A stretch of 35,433 nucleotides of DNA, taken from Methanobacteriota archaeon. GTDB lineage: Archaea > Thermoplasmatota > Thermoplasmata > RBG-16-68-12. The notes under the pieces were generated by a model. It saw only the letters and a list, made by a program, of their open reading frames with translations. It had not been told where the DNA came from and made no database searches. The position numbers and the translations under genes were made by a program. The stretch is taken from NCBI GenBank assembly GCA_005878325.1, contig VBMR01000135.1, forward strand, positions 1 through 35,433. The letters run 5' to 3'. This document shows positions 1 through 9,993 of the stretch, one piece after another; positions within the stretch are counted from its first letter, which is position 1; the number at the start of each line of letters is the position of its first letter.

Positions 1-1916
1 AAGGGCCGTCGGAAGTTCTGGGTCTTGAACACGATCACGTCGCACGGGGCGTTCTCGATCAGGTAGTCGATGTTGCTCCCGAACATGCGACGCCCCCCCT
101 CCGCCCGCTCCCCACGCCATCCCATCACCAGGAGGTTCACGGCCTCCTCTCGAATCGTGTCCAGGATGATCTCGTAGACCTTGTATCCAATCTTGACGAC
201 CGGGCGCGTGTCGACACCGACGTGTTCTCCGATCTTGGCGAGGCGCTGCAAGCCGCGAATCCGGTCGTCCACGAAGCGAAACCGGATCGCCTTCGGGGGC
301 AGGTTCCGCGGGATCTCGACGACGTGCAAGAGACTGAGCTCCCCCGAGCGCGCCCGTGCGATGCGGGCCCCCAGCTCGACGAGAGCCTCGTCCTGGAACT
401 CCCGCAGCGGGAGGAAGACCCGGTACCGCTCGAGCTCCACGCGGTCTTCCGCCGTCGTCAGGACATCCCGGACCTCCGTGGAGTGGGCGCTCGGAATCCG
501 GCCGCGGAAACCTCGCGGGGTCGAGAACCAGTGGTATGCGAGCCCGAGGCCGATCCAGGCGATGCCGAGGACCGCGGAGAGCTGGCCGGGGGGGAACGGC
601 ACCCCCTGTCGAGCCGGGAAGCTCCACAGGGTGGCTCCAACGGCCAGGTTCAGGGCGATCGCGAACATCGGGAGGGCGGGGACGAAGGGCATCCGGAATC
701 CCGGGCCGCTCCGCCGTTCCCGTCGACGAAGGGCGATGACCGATGCATGGGTGAAGGCGAAAAGGCCGAGGAAGGCCAGGGTGGAGAGGATCGCGACTGT
801 GGCGATCGAGAGGAACCCGAGGAAGGCGGATCCGATGAACGTGAAGGCGACCGCCGCGGGCGGGACCTCGCGTCCCCCGATTCGGGTGAACATCGAGGGA
901 AGGAGCCCGTCCCGGGCCATGCTGAACGAGGTCTTGATGGCGGCGGTCAGGTTCGAGTTCAGGGCGCCGTACATCGAGACGATCCCCAGGAGAAGGAAGG
1001 CCTCGCGGACGAACGGCTGACCGAGGAAATATCGGATCGCGGTGAGGACCATGTCCTCGGATCCGCCGCCGCACGCATCGCACGCGGGCCAGCCGACGAG
1101 CTTGGCCGTGGGGACGTTGCCCAGCGTCGCAACGAGGAAACCGGCGTAGACCAAAAACGAGATCCCGAGCGCAAGGAAGACGCCGCGGGGCACGTTCGCC
1201 TCGGGCCGTTTCGTCTGATCGGAGAGCTGGGCAACGACCTCGAATCCCTGGAAGGCCAGAAACAGGATCGCCGCACCGAGGACCAGCTGGAGGGGCGTTG
1301 CGCTCCCTCCGGGCGGGATGCCTCGCGGGGGTCCGGGCTCGGACGAAGACAGGATCCCAATGACGGCCAGGGCGACGACCAGCACCACCTTCGCAAGGGT
1401 GAGACGACCGAGCGTGGAGGTCCGAAGGTGGGCGTGCGCGAAGTGCAGGACCGCGGACAGGCCGAGGACCGACAATGCCACGAGGATCACTGCGAGCGGA
1501 TTGGGCCCGAAGAAGGACGCCTCGTTGGACGGTTGGACGAGTTCGATGAGGAAGACACCGAGGCCGAGCGCGCAAAGCGCGGAGGCCGCCATGTGACCTC
1601 CCCACGAAAGCCACCCGCTCAGGAAGGCGCTGGGGTCCGGGAGGGCGCTCCGGACCCACACGTAGGCGCCTCCGGACGCATCCGGGCGACCCGCTCCGAG
1701 TTCCGCATAGCCGGCGGCCGCGAGCGCCGCAATCACGGCGGCGAGGGCCAGGCTCGCGAGGACGGAGGGACCCGCGACCGCGTACGTCGCGCCAACGAGC
1801 AGGAAAATCGCGGCCCCGACCATGGCGCCCATCGCGGACATCGTGATATCGAACAGGCCGAGATCGCGGGTCACCCGCACGCGGACGGAACCCGAGTCGA
1901 CGGCGGCGCGGGCCAC
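1..1916 (-). CDS. APC-family amino acid permease with C-terminal universal stress protein (USP) domain; 3' end runs off the window
   Basis: Not in the ORF track; translated by hand from GTG at 1916: ...RDLGLFDITMSAMGAMVGAAIFLLVG... (APC TM1), many hydrophobic helices, and the same frame at the left edge reads ...IENAPCDVIVFK (USP C-terminal motif). Confidence 0.85.
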   Translation of the reverse strand, partial: MARAAVDSGSVRVRVTRDLGLFDITMSAMGAMVGAAIFLLVGATYAVAGPSVLASLALAAVIAALAAAGYAELGAGRPDASGGAYVWVRSALPDPSAFLSGWLSWGGHMAASALCALGLGVFLIELVQPSNEASFFGPNPLAVILVALSVLGLSAVLHFAHAHLRTSTLGRLTLAKVVLVVALAVIGILSSSEPGPPRGIPPGGSATPLQLVLGAAILFLAFQGFEVVAQLSDQTKRPEANVPRGVFLALGISFLVYAGFLVATLGNVPTAKLVGWPACDACGGGSEDMVLTAIRYFLGQPFVREAFLLLGIVSMYGALNSNLTAAIKTSFSMARDGLLPSMFTRIGGREVPPAAVAFTFIGSAFLGFLSIATVAILSTLAFLGLFAFTHASVIALRRRERRSGPGFRMPFVPALPMFAIALNLAVGATLWSFPARQGVPFPPGQLSAVLGIAWIGLGLAYHWFSTPRGFRGRIPSAHSTEVRDVLTTAEDRVELERYRVFLPLREFQDEALVELGARIARARSGELSLLHVVEIPRNLPPKAIRFRFVDDRIRGLQRLAKIGEHVGVDTRPVVKIGYKVYEIILDTIREEAVNLLVMGWRGERAEGGRRMFGSNIDYLIENAPCDVIVFKTQNFRRP

Positions 1917-2008
1917 GGGGGGCGGAGACGACCCCGTCTACTTGAGCCTATGGAGAAACACGGCTCTGGATCGGTGCGATGCGCGCGGAAAGGACCGAGA
2001 AAGAAGTG

Positions 2009-2563
2009 TCACGCCTCGGACGACGAGGCGGTCTTGGCGATCCGCTCGCCGAGGGTTCGGAAGATCAGCTCTACGTTCTGCCCCGTCTTCGCGGAGGCGT
2101 AGAAGTACGGAGCGTCGAACGCCTCGGTCGCTTGCTTCACCTGTTCCTCCCCGAACGCGGCCTGGTCTTTCAGGTCCATCTTGTTCACCGCGAACGTCAC
2201 CGGAATTTCCCCGACGGTCCGGAAGACAGATTCCACCCACGAGTCGAGGTCTTCCAGGGTGTCGTAGCGCGTGAGGTCCGCGACCGCGAGGATCCCCTGT
2301 GCCCCGTGGAAGTATGCTTCCCGGAGCAGCTCGCGAAAGCCTTTCGAGCCCATGATGTCCCAGATCGTCATGTCCATCTGGATCCCTTCGCCGCCCTTCG
2401 ACGGGAGGGTGAGTTCCTTCTTCGACACCTTCGCTCCGAGCGTCACGATGTACCGATCGTCGTACTCGTTCAGGACGTACCGCTTGATGAGGGAAGTCTT
2501 CCCCACGGCGTGCTCGCCGACGAGGCAGACCTTCACTTTCATTCGACGTGGTTCCATCATCAC
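2009..2563 (-). CDS. Ras-superfamily (Rab-like) small GTPase
   Basis: All five G boxes: GEHAVGKTS (G1), VTLG (G2), WDIMG (G3), NKMD (G4), SAKTG (G5); 184 aa. Confidence 0.9.
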   Translation of the reverse strand: MMMEPRRMKVKVCLVGEHAVGKTSLIKRYVLNEYDDRYIVTLGAKVSKKELTLPSKGGEGIQMDMTIWDIMGSKGFRELLREAYFHGAQGILAVADLTRYDTLEDLDSWVESVFRTVGEIPVTFAVNKMDLKDQAAFGEEQVKQATEAFDAPYFYASAKTGQNVELIFRTLGERIAKTASSSEA

Positions 2564-2709
2564 GACCCGGCGGGGAGGCGGGCCGAAAACCTTCCCATTC
2601 GCGCTATTTCCTAGGGGCTATTTAGCCGTTGCCGCGTGGCCTCCGATCTTCGACAACGAGGCGAGCGTCCTCTAGCACGGTTGAAATAACGTCGCCTCGA
2701 TGCCGCGAC

Positions 2710-3633
2710 GTGGACGCGTTCGCGGCCCTCCGCTTCGCGATCGGCGGCGGGTTCCTCCTCGCGGCCGCCAGTTCCGACCTCCGCGCGCGGAAGGTCTCGG
2801 ATCGGTGGTGGATCGCCCTCGGATCGATTGGCTTGGTCCTCCTCGCGGTCCAATTGGACGTGGAACGGGCGGACGCCGCGGCCGCCGCACTCCTTGGATC
2901 CGCCGCCCTCCTCTTCTACGCAATATTTTTCGGAGATCCCCTGCTGGACCAGGACGGCTTCCACCTTCGGCCTCTCCGGATCGGGCTGTTCCTCGCCGCA
3001 GGTGCGCTCTTCGTATTCCCCGCGGCGCTTCATGCCGCGCTCGGCGAGGGCCTGCCGCGAGAGACCCTCGACCTCTACTCGTTGCCGGCGATGGTGGTCA
3101 TCTACCAGGGCTTCTACTGGGCGCGCCTCCTCCACGGCGGGGCGGATGCGAAAGGGTTGATTGCCCTCAGCCTCCTCGTGCCGACCTACCCGGAGGCGAG
3201 TCCCTTCCCCCTTTTAGCCGCGGGTCCGAGAGCGGAGGGCCTGTTCCGGTCCGTCTTCCCCTTCTCCCTCGTCGTCTGGGTGGATGCGCTCGTCTTGTTC
3301 CTCGCGATCCCGCTGGGGCTCGTCCTCGCGAATACGATCCGGGGGGATTTCGCCCTGCCCCAGGCTTTCCTGGGCTACCGCGCCCGTGTGGATGCGTTCC
3401 CGCGGTTTGTCTGGCTGATGGAGAAGATCGATGACCGGGGCCAGCACGTCTTGGTGTTGTTCCCGAAACGGGGGACGAAAGTCGAGGAAAACCTGTCTCG
3501 TCTTCGTGCGGCCGGGATCGAGCGCGTGTGGGTCACGCCGCAGATCCCGTTCATGGTGCTGATCCTCGGCGGGTTCGTGCTCGCCTTCCTCGGAGGGAAC
3601 CTATTGCTCGCGATCCTTCGTCCCGGTGCCTAG
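2710..3633 (+). CDS. A24-family prepilin/preflagellin peptidase (FlaK/PibD-like)
   Basis: SDLRARKVSD N-terminal Asp motif, GGADAK catalytic motif, C-terminal VWVTPQIPFM, multiple TM helices; GTG 2710 chosen as start. Confidence 0.85.
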   Translation: MDAFAALRFAIGGGFLLAAASSDLRARKVSDRWWIALGSIGLVLLAVQLDVERADAAAAALLGSAALLFYAIFFGDPLLDQDGFHLRPLRIGLFLAAGALFVFPAALHAALGEGLPRETLDLYSLPAMVVIYQGFYWARLLHGGADAKGLIALSLLVPTYPEASPFPLLAAGPRAEGLFRSVFPFSLVVWVDALVLFLAIPLGLVLANTIRGDFALPQAFLGYRARVDAFPRFVWLMEKIDDRGQHVLVLFPKRGTKVEENLSRLRAAGIERVWVTPQIPFMVLILGGFVLAFLGGNLLLAILRPGA

Positions 3634-3687
3634 GATCGAGGGACGAAATCCTGAAATAGCGGCCTCTCCCTCCGCGGGCCAAGCAGT

Positions 3688-3913
3688 GGTTTGACGGCCA
3701 AAGCGGCGGGGATACACCCGGTCCCATCCCGAACCCGGAAGTTAAGCCCGCCCACGTTCCCTGCGGTACTACGGTGCGCGAGCCCGTGGGAAGCCTGCCC
3801 TCCTTCGAGGAGGGCTTGGGTCGGCGACCTAGGTACGCTAGCCGTCCATCCTTGTGGTGGACGACGAAACGTGCCGTTCTAACGGCCGCCGCTCCATGGA
3901 ACGCTGTCAGCCA
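3688..3913 (+). rRNA. rrf: 5S rRNA with ~101-nt insertion (3795-3895)
   Basis: Canonical archaeal core ACACCCGGTCCCATCCCGAACCCGGAAGTTAAGCCC and loop E GTAC...GGGAA; helix I AGTGGTTTGACGGC (3685-3698) pairs with GCTGTCAGCCACT (3903-3915); helix V GTTCC pairs with GGAAC (3898-3902). Ends approximate. Confidence 0.9.
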
Positions 3914-3917
3914 CTCG

Positions 3918-6900
3918 CTATTCCTTTTTCCGGCCCGCCCGAAGCTTCAGGCCGATGATGAGGAGGGGGACGACCGCGACGAACATCATGTCGGACAGTT
4001 CCGGGATCGAGACGATCACGGACGAGTTGCCCCCGACGAGTGCGTACCCGCCGGTCGTCGTGTAGTTCAGGAAGGCCCAGTTCACCAGGACGGAACCCGT
4101 GAAGGTCGGGTCCACCAGGGCGGTGAGGGTCAGGCTGTGCGCGCCCGGTGCGACGCTGGTCAGGTTCCAGTAGAAGGTCCGTCCATTCGTCCAGGTCGGC
4201 GCGAGGCTCGCGCTCTGATACGTCATGCCGCTCGGCAGGCTGTCCTGGATCGTGACCGTACCAGCCGCGGCGGAGCCGGTGTTGTTGTAGTAGACCGTGA
4301 AGGTCACGACATCGCCAGGCCGGGCGGAACCGGGTGTCGCGGTCTTCATGATCGTGATGGTCGGGCGGGACACGGTCGTGTTCGCCCAGGCCGTGGATCC
4401 GGGTAGCGACCGTCGGACCTGGTCCACGTAGTTCAGGGTCACGACGTTGCCGAGGAGCTGACCGTCCGTCGTCGCGGCGGTCACCGCGACGGTGATCGTG
4501 AAGGAGTGGGCCCCCGGGGTCACGTCCGCGAAGATCCAACCGTACGTGGAACCGGAGACGGAGTTGTACGGGGCACTCGAGGCCGTGTACGCGACGCCAC
4601 TCGGCAGAGTGTCGTTCACCCAAACCCTGTTCGCATTCCCCGTGTTCGTGTTGTTGTAGTAGACCATATAGAGGATCGATTGGCCGGGAGCCGCGATGGA
4701 TCGGCTCGCCGTCTTCGCCACCGCGATCGTGGGCCGATGCCGATCGTTCGCCTGTCCTGACGAGGGAAGGGTCGATATGTAGAAGTCCGCCGCATCGTTG
4801 TTCGTGTCCATCGGGACGCCGGTCACGGGGTCCTTGAAGCGTGCCCACGTCTGTCCCGTGTTTACGTTCTGCGCATAGGTCGTCTGATCGATGATCGTCG
4901 TCCCCTGCCGCAGTCGGAGGACGCCGTTGCCGTTCGGCAGCGAGGCTGCCGCCAGGGACGCCCGGAGGTATTCGGTCCCGGAGCCGAACGCGCCGAGGAC
5001 CTGCGTCGTGAAGGTGAAAATCACGATCGAGCGCCCTCCCCGGACGAGGACCAGGTTCCAGCCGCCCAGAGGGATCGCGCTCGCCGTCGGGTTCGCGATT
5101 TCGATCCACTCCGGATTCGGTTGCGGGCTGACCTCGTTGAGGACGGCGTTAGTCGCCGCTCGGGCCCCGACGGCGAAGCGGGCTACGGCCGCATCCGGCA
5201 ACGCCACATCGTACCCGAGGCGCCAGTCCGATGCAACGTACACGACCCCGTAACCGGATTGGAGACCCAGGGTCGTGGCGTTGATCGCGAATTCGAGGCG
5301 ATGGGCGTCCAACCCGAAGGGGACGCCCTGGACGAAGTTCCATGGCACCGCTTGACCGGGGGCGAACGCATAGAGGCCGCTCGAGTTGACGACCCCATTC
5401 CGTCCGATGACGGCGATGGCATAATCGAACCCGTAGAGCTGCCCGGACACGTCGGACCACTCCCCGGTCGCCGGTCCCGTCCGGGTGGTCCACTTGCCCG
5501 TCCCCGTCCACATCGTGTCCCGTCTGATCGTCCGTCGTGTTGTCGTTGTTGAAGTCGCGCTCGAGGCCCGATCGGAGAGTCGTCTCGACCCAGTCGGGGA
5601 CCGTATCGAGGTCCGTGTCGGCCGCGGACACATACGTTCGGGACCGCGAGGTGGGGATGTCCTGGCCTCCGAGGATTCGGCCGTCGACTCGGACGTATCC
5701 GGTGAAATTCGTTCCCACATCGACCGCGGTCGCAAGGATGTCGACGTTGGCGTTGTACTCCAGCGCACCCGTCCGGTTCGTCACGTCGCCGAGGAAGTCC
5801 TGGCCGTAGGTCCGGCCTTGCCAGTCTCCAAACGCGCCGTCGATCTGGAGGCTCGTTGGCGCCGAAGCGAGATACACGAGCCCGATCTCGGGCGATCGGA
5901 AGCTCGCGGTTCCGTTGGAGGCGAGCCCGTCGACCGATAGGCCGAAGGTCGAGGTGGCGGTCATGTTGGTCCAGGAGGCTTCGACCCACAGAATCGTCGG
6001 AGAGGAGATATCGCGGTCGACCGGGAGGCTGGCGGTCGTCCCCGTCATGGGCACCGTCGAGAGAAGGGCATCGGCCGGATCGAAGTTTCCGCTTCCGTCA
6101 TCTCGATACACGGACAGGTCGACGGGGTCGGTGGAACTTCCAAGCCGTGTCACGTTCAGGGCCGTGGCATGCGGGATCCCTCCGAGCGGATCGAGCGTCA
6201 CCCGGAGGATCGCGGTTCGGCCCGTCACCACATCCGGGGCAACGGTAGCCTGTTCGACGATGAGCGTCGGGAGGGAGGCCCGCACCGATCCATCGGCCGG
6301 GTCGCGGTTGCCCAAGTTGTCGGCCGCATAGGTGAGGATCCGCGCGTTCGCAGGATCGGCCACCGTCATTCGCAACTCGAGATCTTGATTGCTGAACGCG
6401 GCATCGGCGGAACCACCTGGAATGAACCGAGACCAGTCGTTCGATCGCGGGCCGCGGGACGCGTCGAATTCCAACGCGAGCACGCCGTGCTCGATCGAAC
6501 CGAGCTGGGACCATCCGAACACTTCGACCGCGGAGTCGGCGCCAAGGTCCCCGATCGGATAGCCGGTCAAGCGGTTCGCGTCCTGGTCGACGAAGACGAA
6601 GACGCTATCCGTCTCGTTCGGAGAGGCGCCGTCGAACAGGAGGCCCTGAACTCTCGCGTTCACGAACAGATCGTGGCCCTGCGTCGCGACCTTCGTCGCG
6701 AGGAGGTTCACTGCGGGGTTCTGGATCTGGTCGATGGGCGAGTCCGCGTACGCGGGGATCGCCGCCCAGTCGCTGAAGTCGCCATCGATTCGAATCAGGG
6801 CAGAGGGACCCGCGGGGGACGGGGAGAGGATGCTCGCGAGGATTGGGACGATGAGCATCAAGGCGACGACCGCCGCGATGCCCGTGACGGATCGGGACCA

Positions 6901-8286
6901 GTGGGGCTGGGCCGGGATCCGGGGCGCCGCGGGGCCACTCCGTCGTCCGTTCGTGAACCCGTTTCCGTTGACGAGTCCATTTGTCGCCCCGCGACCGAAT
7001 GTGAGGCCGTTCACGCGACCTTCTGATACGCCATTGACCCGGCCGTTCGTGCGGCCGTTCACGTGGCCATTCGTCCGGCCATTGACCCGACCGTTGGTGC
7101 GGCCGTTGGTGTATCCTACGGTACCGAGGCCAGGGGTCCCAAGGCCGCTCGAACGGAGACCGGTCGCCCCCGATCGGAGGGACCCTTCCTCCGCCCGGGC
7201 CAATTGCTCCGCCCGGTCACGGCTCGCGCGTGCCTCGTCCGTCCGGCCCAAGCGCTCGAGGATTTCCGCCTTCGTCTGCCAGGCCACGACCAGGCTCCCG
7301 TCCGCCTTGAGCAGAGAGTCGTAGTGGGCGAGCGCGTCGAGGAGGCGGGGATCCAGCTTCGCCGAGGGCGCGGGGGATGAAGTCGCCGCGGGCTGCTTCC
7401 ACCGCGGCGGGAGGACGGAGGCATCCCCGGTCGTCCGCAGGAGGTTCTGGACCTCCAACCGGTACTCCTCGTCCCGCGCGGGGTTCAGTTCCGCCGCCTT
7501 GGCGAGGGACTCGACGGCCTCCTTCGGGCGGCCCAACTTCTCGAGCACCTTCGCGCGGTTCGCCCAGGCCCGTTCGAGCGACGCATCGGCTTCGAGGAGG
7601 CGGTCGAAATGGTCCAGCTCTTCCCGGAGGCGGTCCGCCTCTGCGATCGGCGAAACCGGTTCGGCCATCCGCTGCCACCGGGTAAGGAAGTCTTTCACGA
7701 CGGACTTGCCCGCGGGGGTCACCTCGGGCCGTTCCGCGATCGGGCTCCCGCAAATCGCGCATTCCGACTCGTCGGAGAAGAGGTACGCTCCACACCGCGG
7801 ACAGAAGGGCGCGGAGTCATCGAGAGAGGCGTCGAGTCCGGGCAGGAGGGCCAACTCCTCGGCCGTGTATCGTCGATGACAGATCCCGCAGGTCGTCGCG
7901 TCCTTCGTCATCGCAGCGCCGCAGGTCTGACAAATGCGCGGGGGTTGGTCCGCCTCCTTCAGGAACTGATCAAGGCCCTCCGAGAGATCGTCCTCCGGAG
8001 ACGCGTCGAACTCGACACCGCAGAAGGGGCACGCTCCCGCCTCCGTCCCGACGAAGGAGCCGCATTTCGGACACAGGAACAGATGATTCGACTCCTCGCC
8101 CGCTCGGCCGAGGAGTCCGAGGATGGACTCGATGTCCTGCGGGGTCAGGCCCTCGACCGACGCGAGCTGTTCCCGCGTCGCGGACCGCAGCGCCTCATAG
8201 GTCGGAAAGCGTTCCGCGATCCGACGGGCCCGCCCGAGATCGGAGCCGGGAATCGAACTCAGCCATTCGAGATAGCTCTCGTCCAT
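3918..8286 (-). pseudogene. Large membrane/surface protein (HhH, double Zn ribbons, TPR, NG repeats, TM, extracellular region, lamin-tail-like domain, DUF11-like repeats, PEF-CTERM-like tail), split by a frameshift at ~5470
   Basis: ORF 5149-8286 looks protein-like to ...DVDGDGQVDHPDGT (~5475); ORF 3918-5768 looks protein-like from PATGEWSDVSGQLYGFDY onward; several CxxC pairs; NEVSPQPNPEWIEIANPT; PGDVVTFTVYYNNTG; C-terminus IPELSD-hydrophobic-RKKE. Confidence 0.7.
6946..7110 (-). repeat. Degenerate 12-bp coding tandem repeat (xxNG tetrapeptide)
   Basis: Encodes TNGRTNGRVNGRTNGHVNGRTNGRVNGVSEGRVNGLTFGRGATNGLVNGNGFTNG with diverged synonymous codons. Confidence 0.85.
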
Positions 8287-8369
8287 CGTTGAGAGCGGGT
8301 CCGTTTGCTACCTAAAGCGCGCGCTATAGTGCGTATCACGCCGTCTAGTCATTTCCTTAACATGACGGG

Positions 8370-9065
8370 CTAGCCGGACCGCATCCATGCGGTCGCATAC
8401 GGGTCGATCGGGACCTCCAGCAAGACCCGTCGGGGGCCCGACCCAAACCGCAGGAGGAGGGTCCTCTCATCCTTCCGGAGGAGCTCGGGAGAGAGCCCCT
8501 CCTCGGAGAGCCGACGGATGAGGGCCTCCCCGAAGGCGGCGACGCGGGCTCCGTTCGCCTCCCGTTTGCGGACCAACAGGTCCGTCGGATTGACGCGGCG
8601 AAATCGGCCGTCCTCATCCAAGCTCAGGACGCCGAACTCGGACAGTTCGATCGCGATCTTGCTGACGGATTGCCTCGTGAGGTGGACGCGCTCCGAGAGC
8701 TCCTGCAGGGAAATCCCCGGCGAGGCGAACGATGCGGCGAGCACCGCAGCCCGACCCGTGCCGGCCAATGCGGAGAAGAGGGCCGCATCCGCGAGGTCGA
8801 TCAGGCCGACGGGGAACACACGGGCTCGTTCCATCTGCAGGAATCCCTTCTCGACGAGGTCCCAGGCATGCCAGCGGACGGTGGCCTGGGACATCGACAG
8901 GTCCCGGCCGACGTCGCCGACGCGCGCGCACGGCCGAAGGCAGAGATATCGGAACACCTGGCGGCGCCGGGCATTCGCGAGGCTGGGGCCCTGGGTCTCG
9001 AGATCCGCGTCGACCGCCTCCCCGGAAACGGCCTTCTCCAAGGCGCGTCCGATCCCGCGGCCCAC
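8370..9065 (-). CDS. Tandem winged helix-turn-helix transcriptional regulator
   Basis: Two HTH-like segments (VGDVGRDLSMSQATVRWHAWDLVEKG; ISLQELSERVHLTRQSVSKIAIELSEFG); starts 1 nt after the KaiC-like gene. Confidence 0.75.
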   Translation of the reverse strand: MGRGIGRALEKAVSGEAVDADLETQGPSLANARRRQVFRYLCLRPCARVGDVGRDLSMSQATVRWHAWDLVEKGFLQMERARVFPVGLIDLADAALFSALAGTGRAAVLAASFASPGISLQELSERVHLTRQSVSKIAIELSEFGVLSLDEDGRFRRVNPTDLLVRKREANGARVAAFGEALIRRLSEEGLSPELLRKDERTLLLRFGSGPRRVLLEVPIDPYATAWMRSG

Positions 9066-9066
9066 G

Positions 9067-9930
9067 TCACCCCCCCTGGTACTCCTGGAGGATCAGGTCG
9101 AGGACTTCTTCGGGCTTCAGGCCCCGGAAGTCCGCATCCGTGAGGCCATCGAGCGATTTGTCCAGGTGGTCCCGAATCGTCTTCGGCATCGAGCGGGTGA
9201 GCAAGAGTTGCCTCAGTTGGGACGGCGCCTTCGCGGTCACGGGCCGGCCGCCATCCACGCCCTGGATCACGATGCCGAGCCCGCGGAGGATTTGGAACGG
9301 ATGAGCCGAAGGACTGTGACGACTGTTCCGGCACTTCACGATCTTCAGATGACGTGCGGAATCCGAGTTAGAGCTGAACTGCAAGTGGATGACGCAATCC
9401 GCGAGGTACATCGGGATGACGGTCTCCGGTCCCGCGAGGTCCGCCGATCCGTGGTCCTCGAGCGTGCAGAGGACCGTCCCGACTTTGCGGGTCTGCTTGA
9501 ACATGTATCCGATCAGGTCCCGTTGTTCATACAGGTCTTTCGTCGACCAGAGGACCGGGGTCAGGGGATCGATCACGATCCGCGCATTGCTCCCCTTCCA
9601 GTCCGCGACGAACGCGGGCAGCTCCTTCCGGATGAAGTTCGAGAATTCGCGCCCCGAGGCGTCGATGAAGACGAGCAGCTCGTCGTCGAGGGATTCGAGG
9701 ATGTCGGACCACCCCATCTCGACCGCTTCCCGGATGATTTGCTCCTTGTTCTCGTCGAGGCTGACGAAGATGCCCTCCTGGCCTTCTTGCAGTCCTCGTC
9801 GAATGAACTGCGTGGCGAACGTCGTCTTGCCCGCGCCGGAGCGGCCGATGACGACGGTCGTGCTGTTCTCATTCACCCCGCCGTCGAGCAGGGGGTTGAG
9901 TCCGTAGACTCCGCTGCGAATCTTTCGCAC
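9067..9930 (-). CDS. KaiC/RAD55-like single-domain RecA-superfamily ATPase
   Basis: SGVYGLNPLLDGG, Walker A GRSGAGKT, Walker B RIVIDP, YLADCVIHL, LKIVKCRNSRH. Confidence 0.9.
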   Translation of the reverse strand: MRKIRSGVYGLNPLLDGGVNENSTTVVIGRSGAGKTTFATQFIRRGLQEGQEGIFVSLDENKEQIIREAVEMGWSDILESLDDELLVFIDASGREFSNFIRKELPAFVADWKGSNARIVIDPLTPVLWSTKDLYEQRDLIGYMFKQTRKVGTVLCTLEDHGSADLAGPETVIPMYLADCVIHLQFSSNSDSARHLKIVKCRNSRHSPSAHPFQILRGLGIVIQGVDGGRPVTAKAPSQLRQLLLTRSMPKTIRDHLDKSLDGLTDADFRGLKPEEVLDLILQEYQGG

Positions 9931-9993
9931 GCGATTTCATCCTGGAGTGACGGTTAAAACGTGCCGACGTGAGAATCAGATGCGAAACCGAAA

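Noticed and set aside
222..2102. 626-aa + strand ORF
   Set aside because: In-register antisense shadow of the APC permease; no motifs
3833..3848. Alternative 5S 3' end at GTACGCTAGCCGTCCA (giving a ~36-nt insert)
   Set aside because: Only a 6-bp helix I and poor helix V; 3896-3915 gives longer pairing with correct junction geometry
3774..4406. ORFs overlapping the 5S insert
   Set aside because: No recognisable protein; shadows of the rRNA and the minus-strand gene, so no homing endonuclease in the insert
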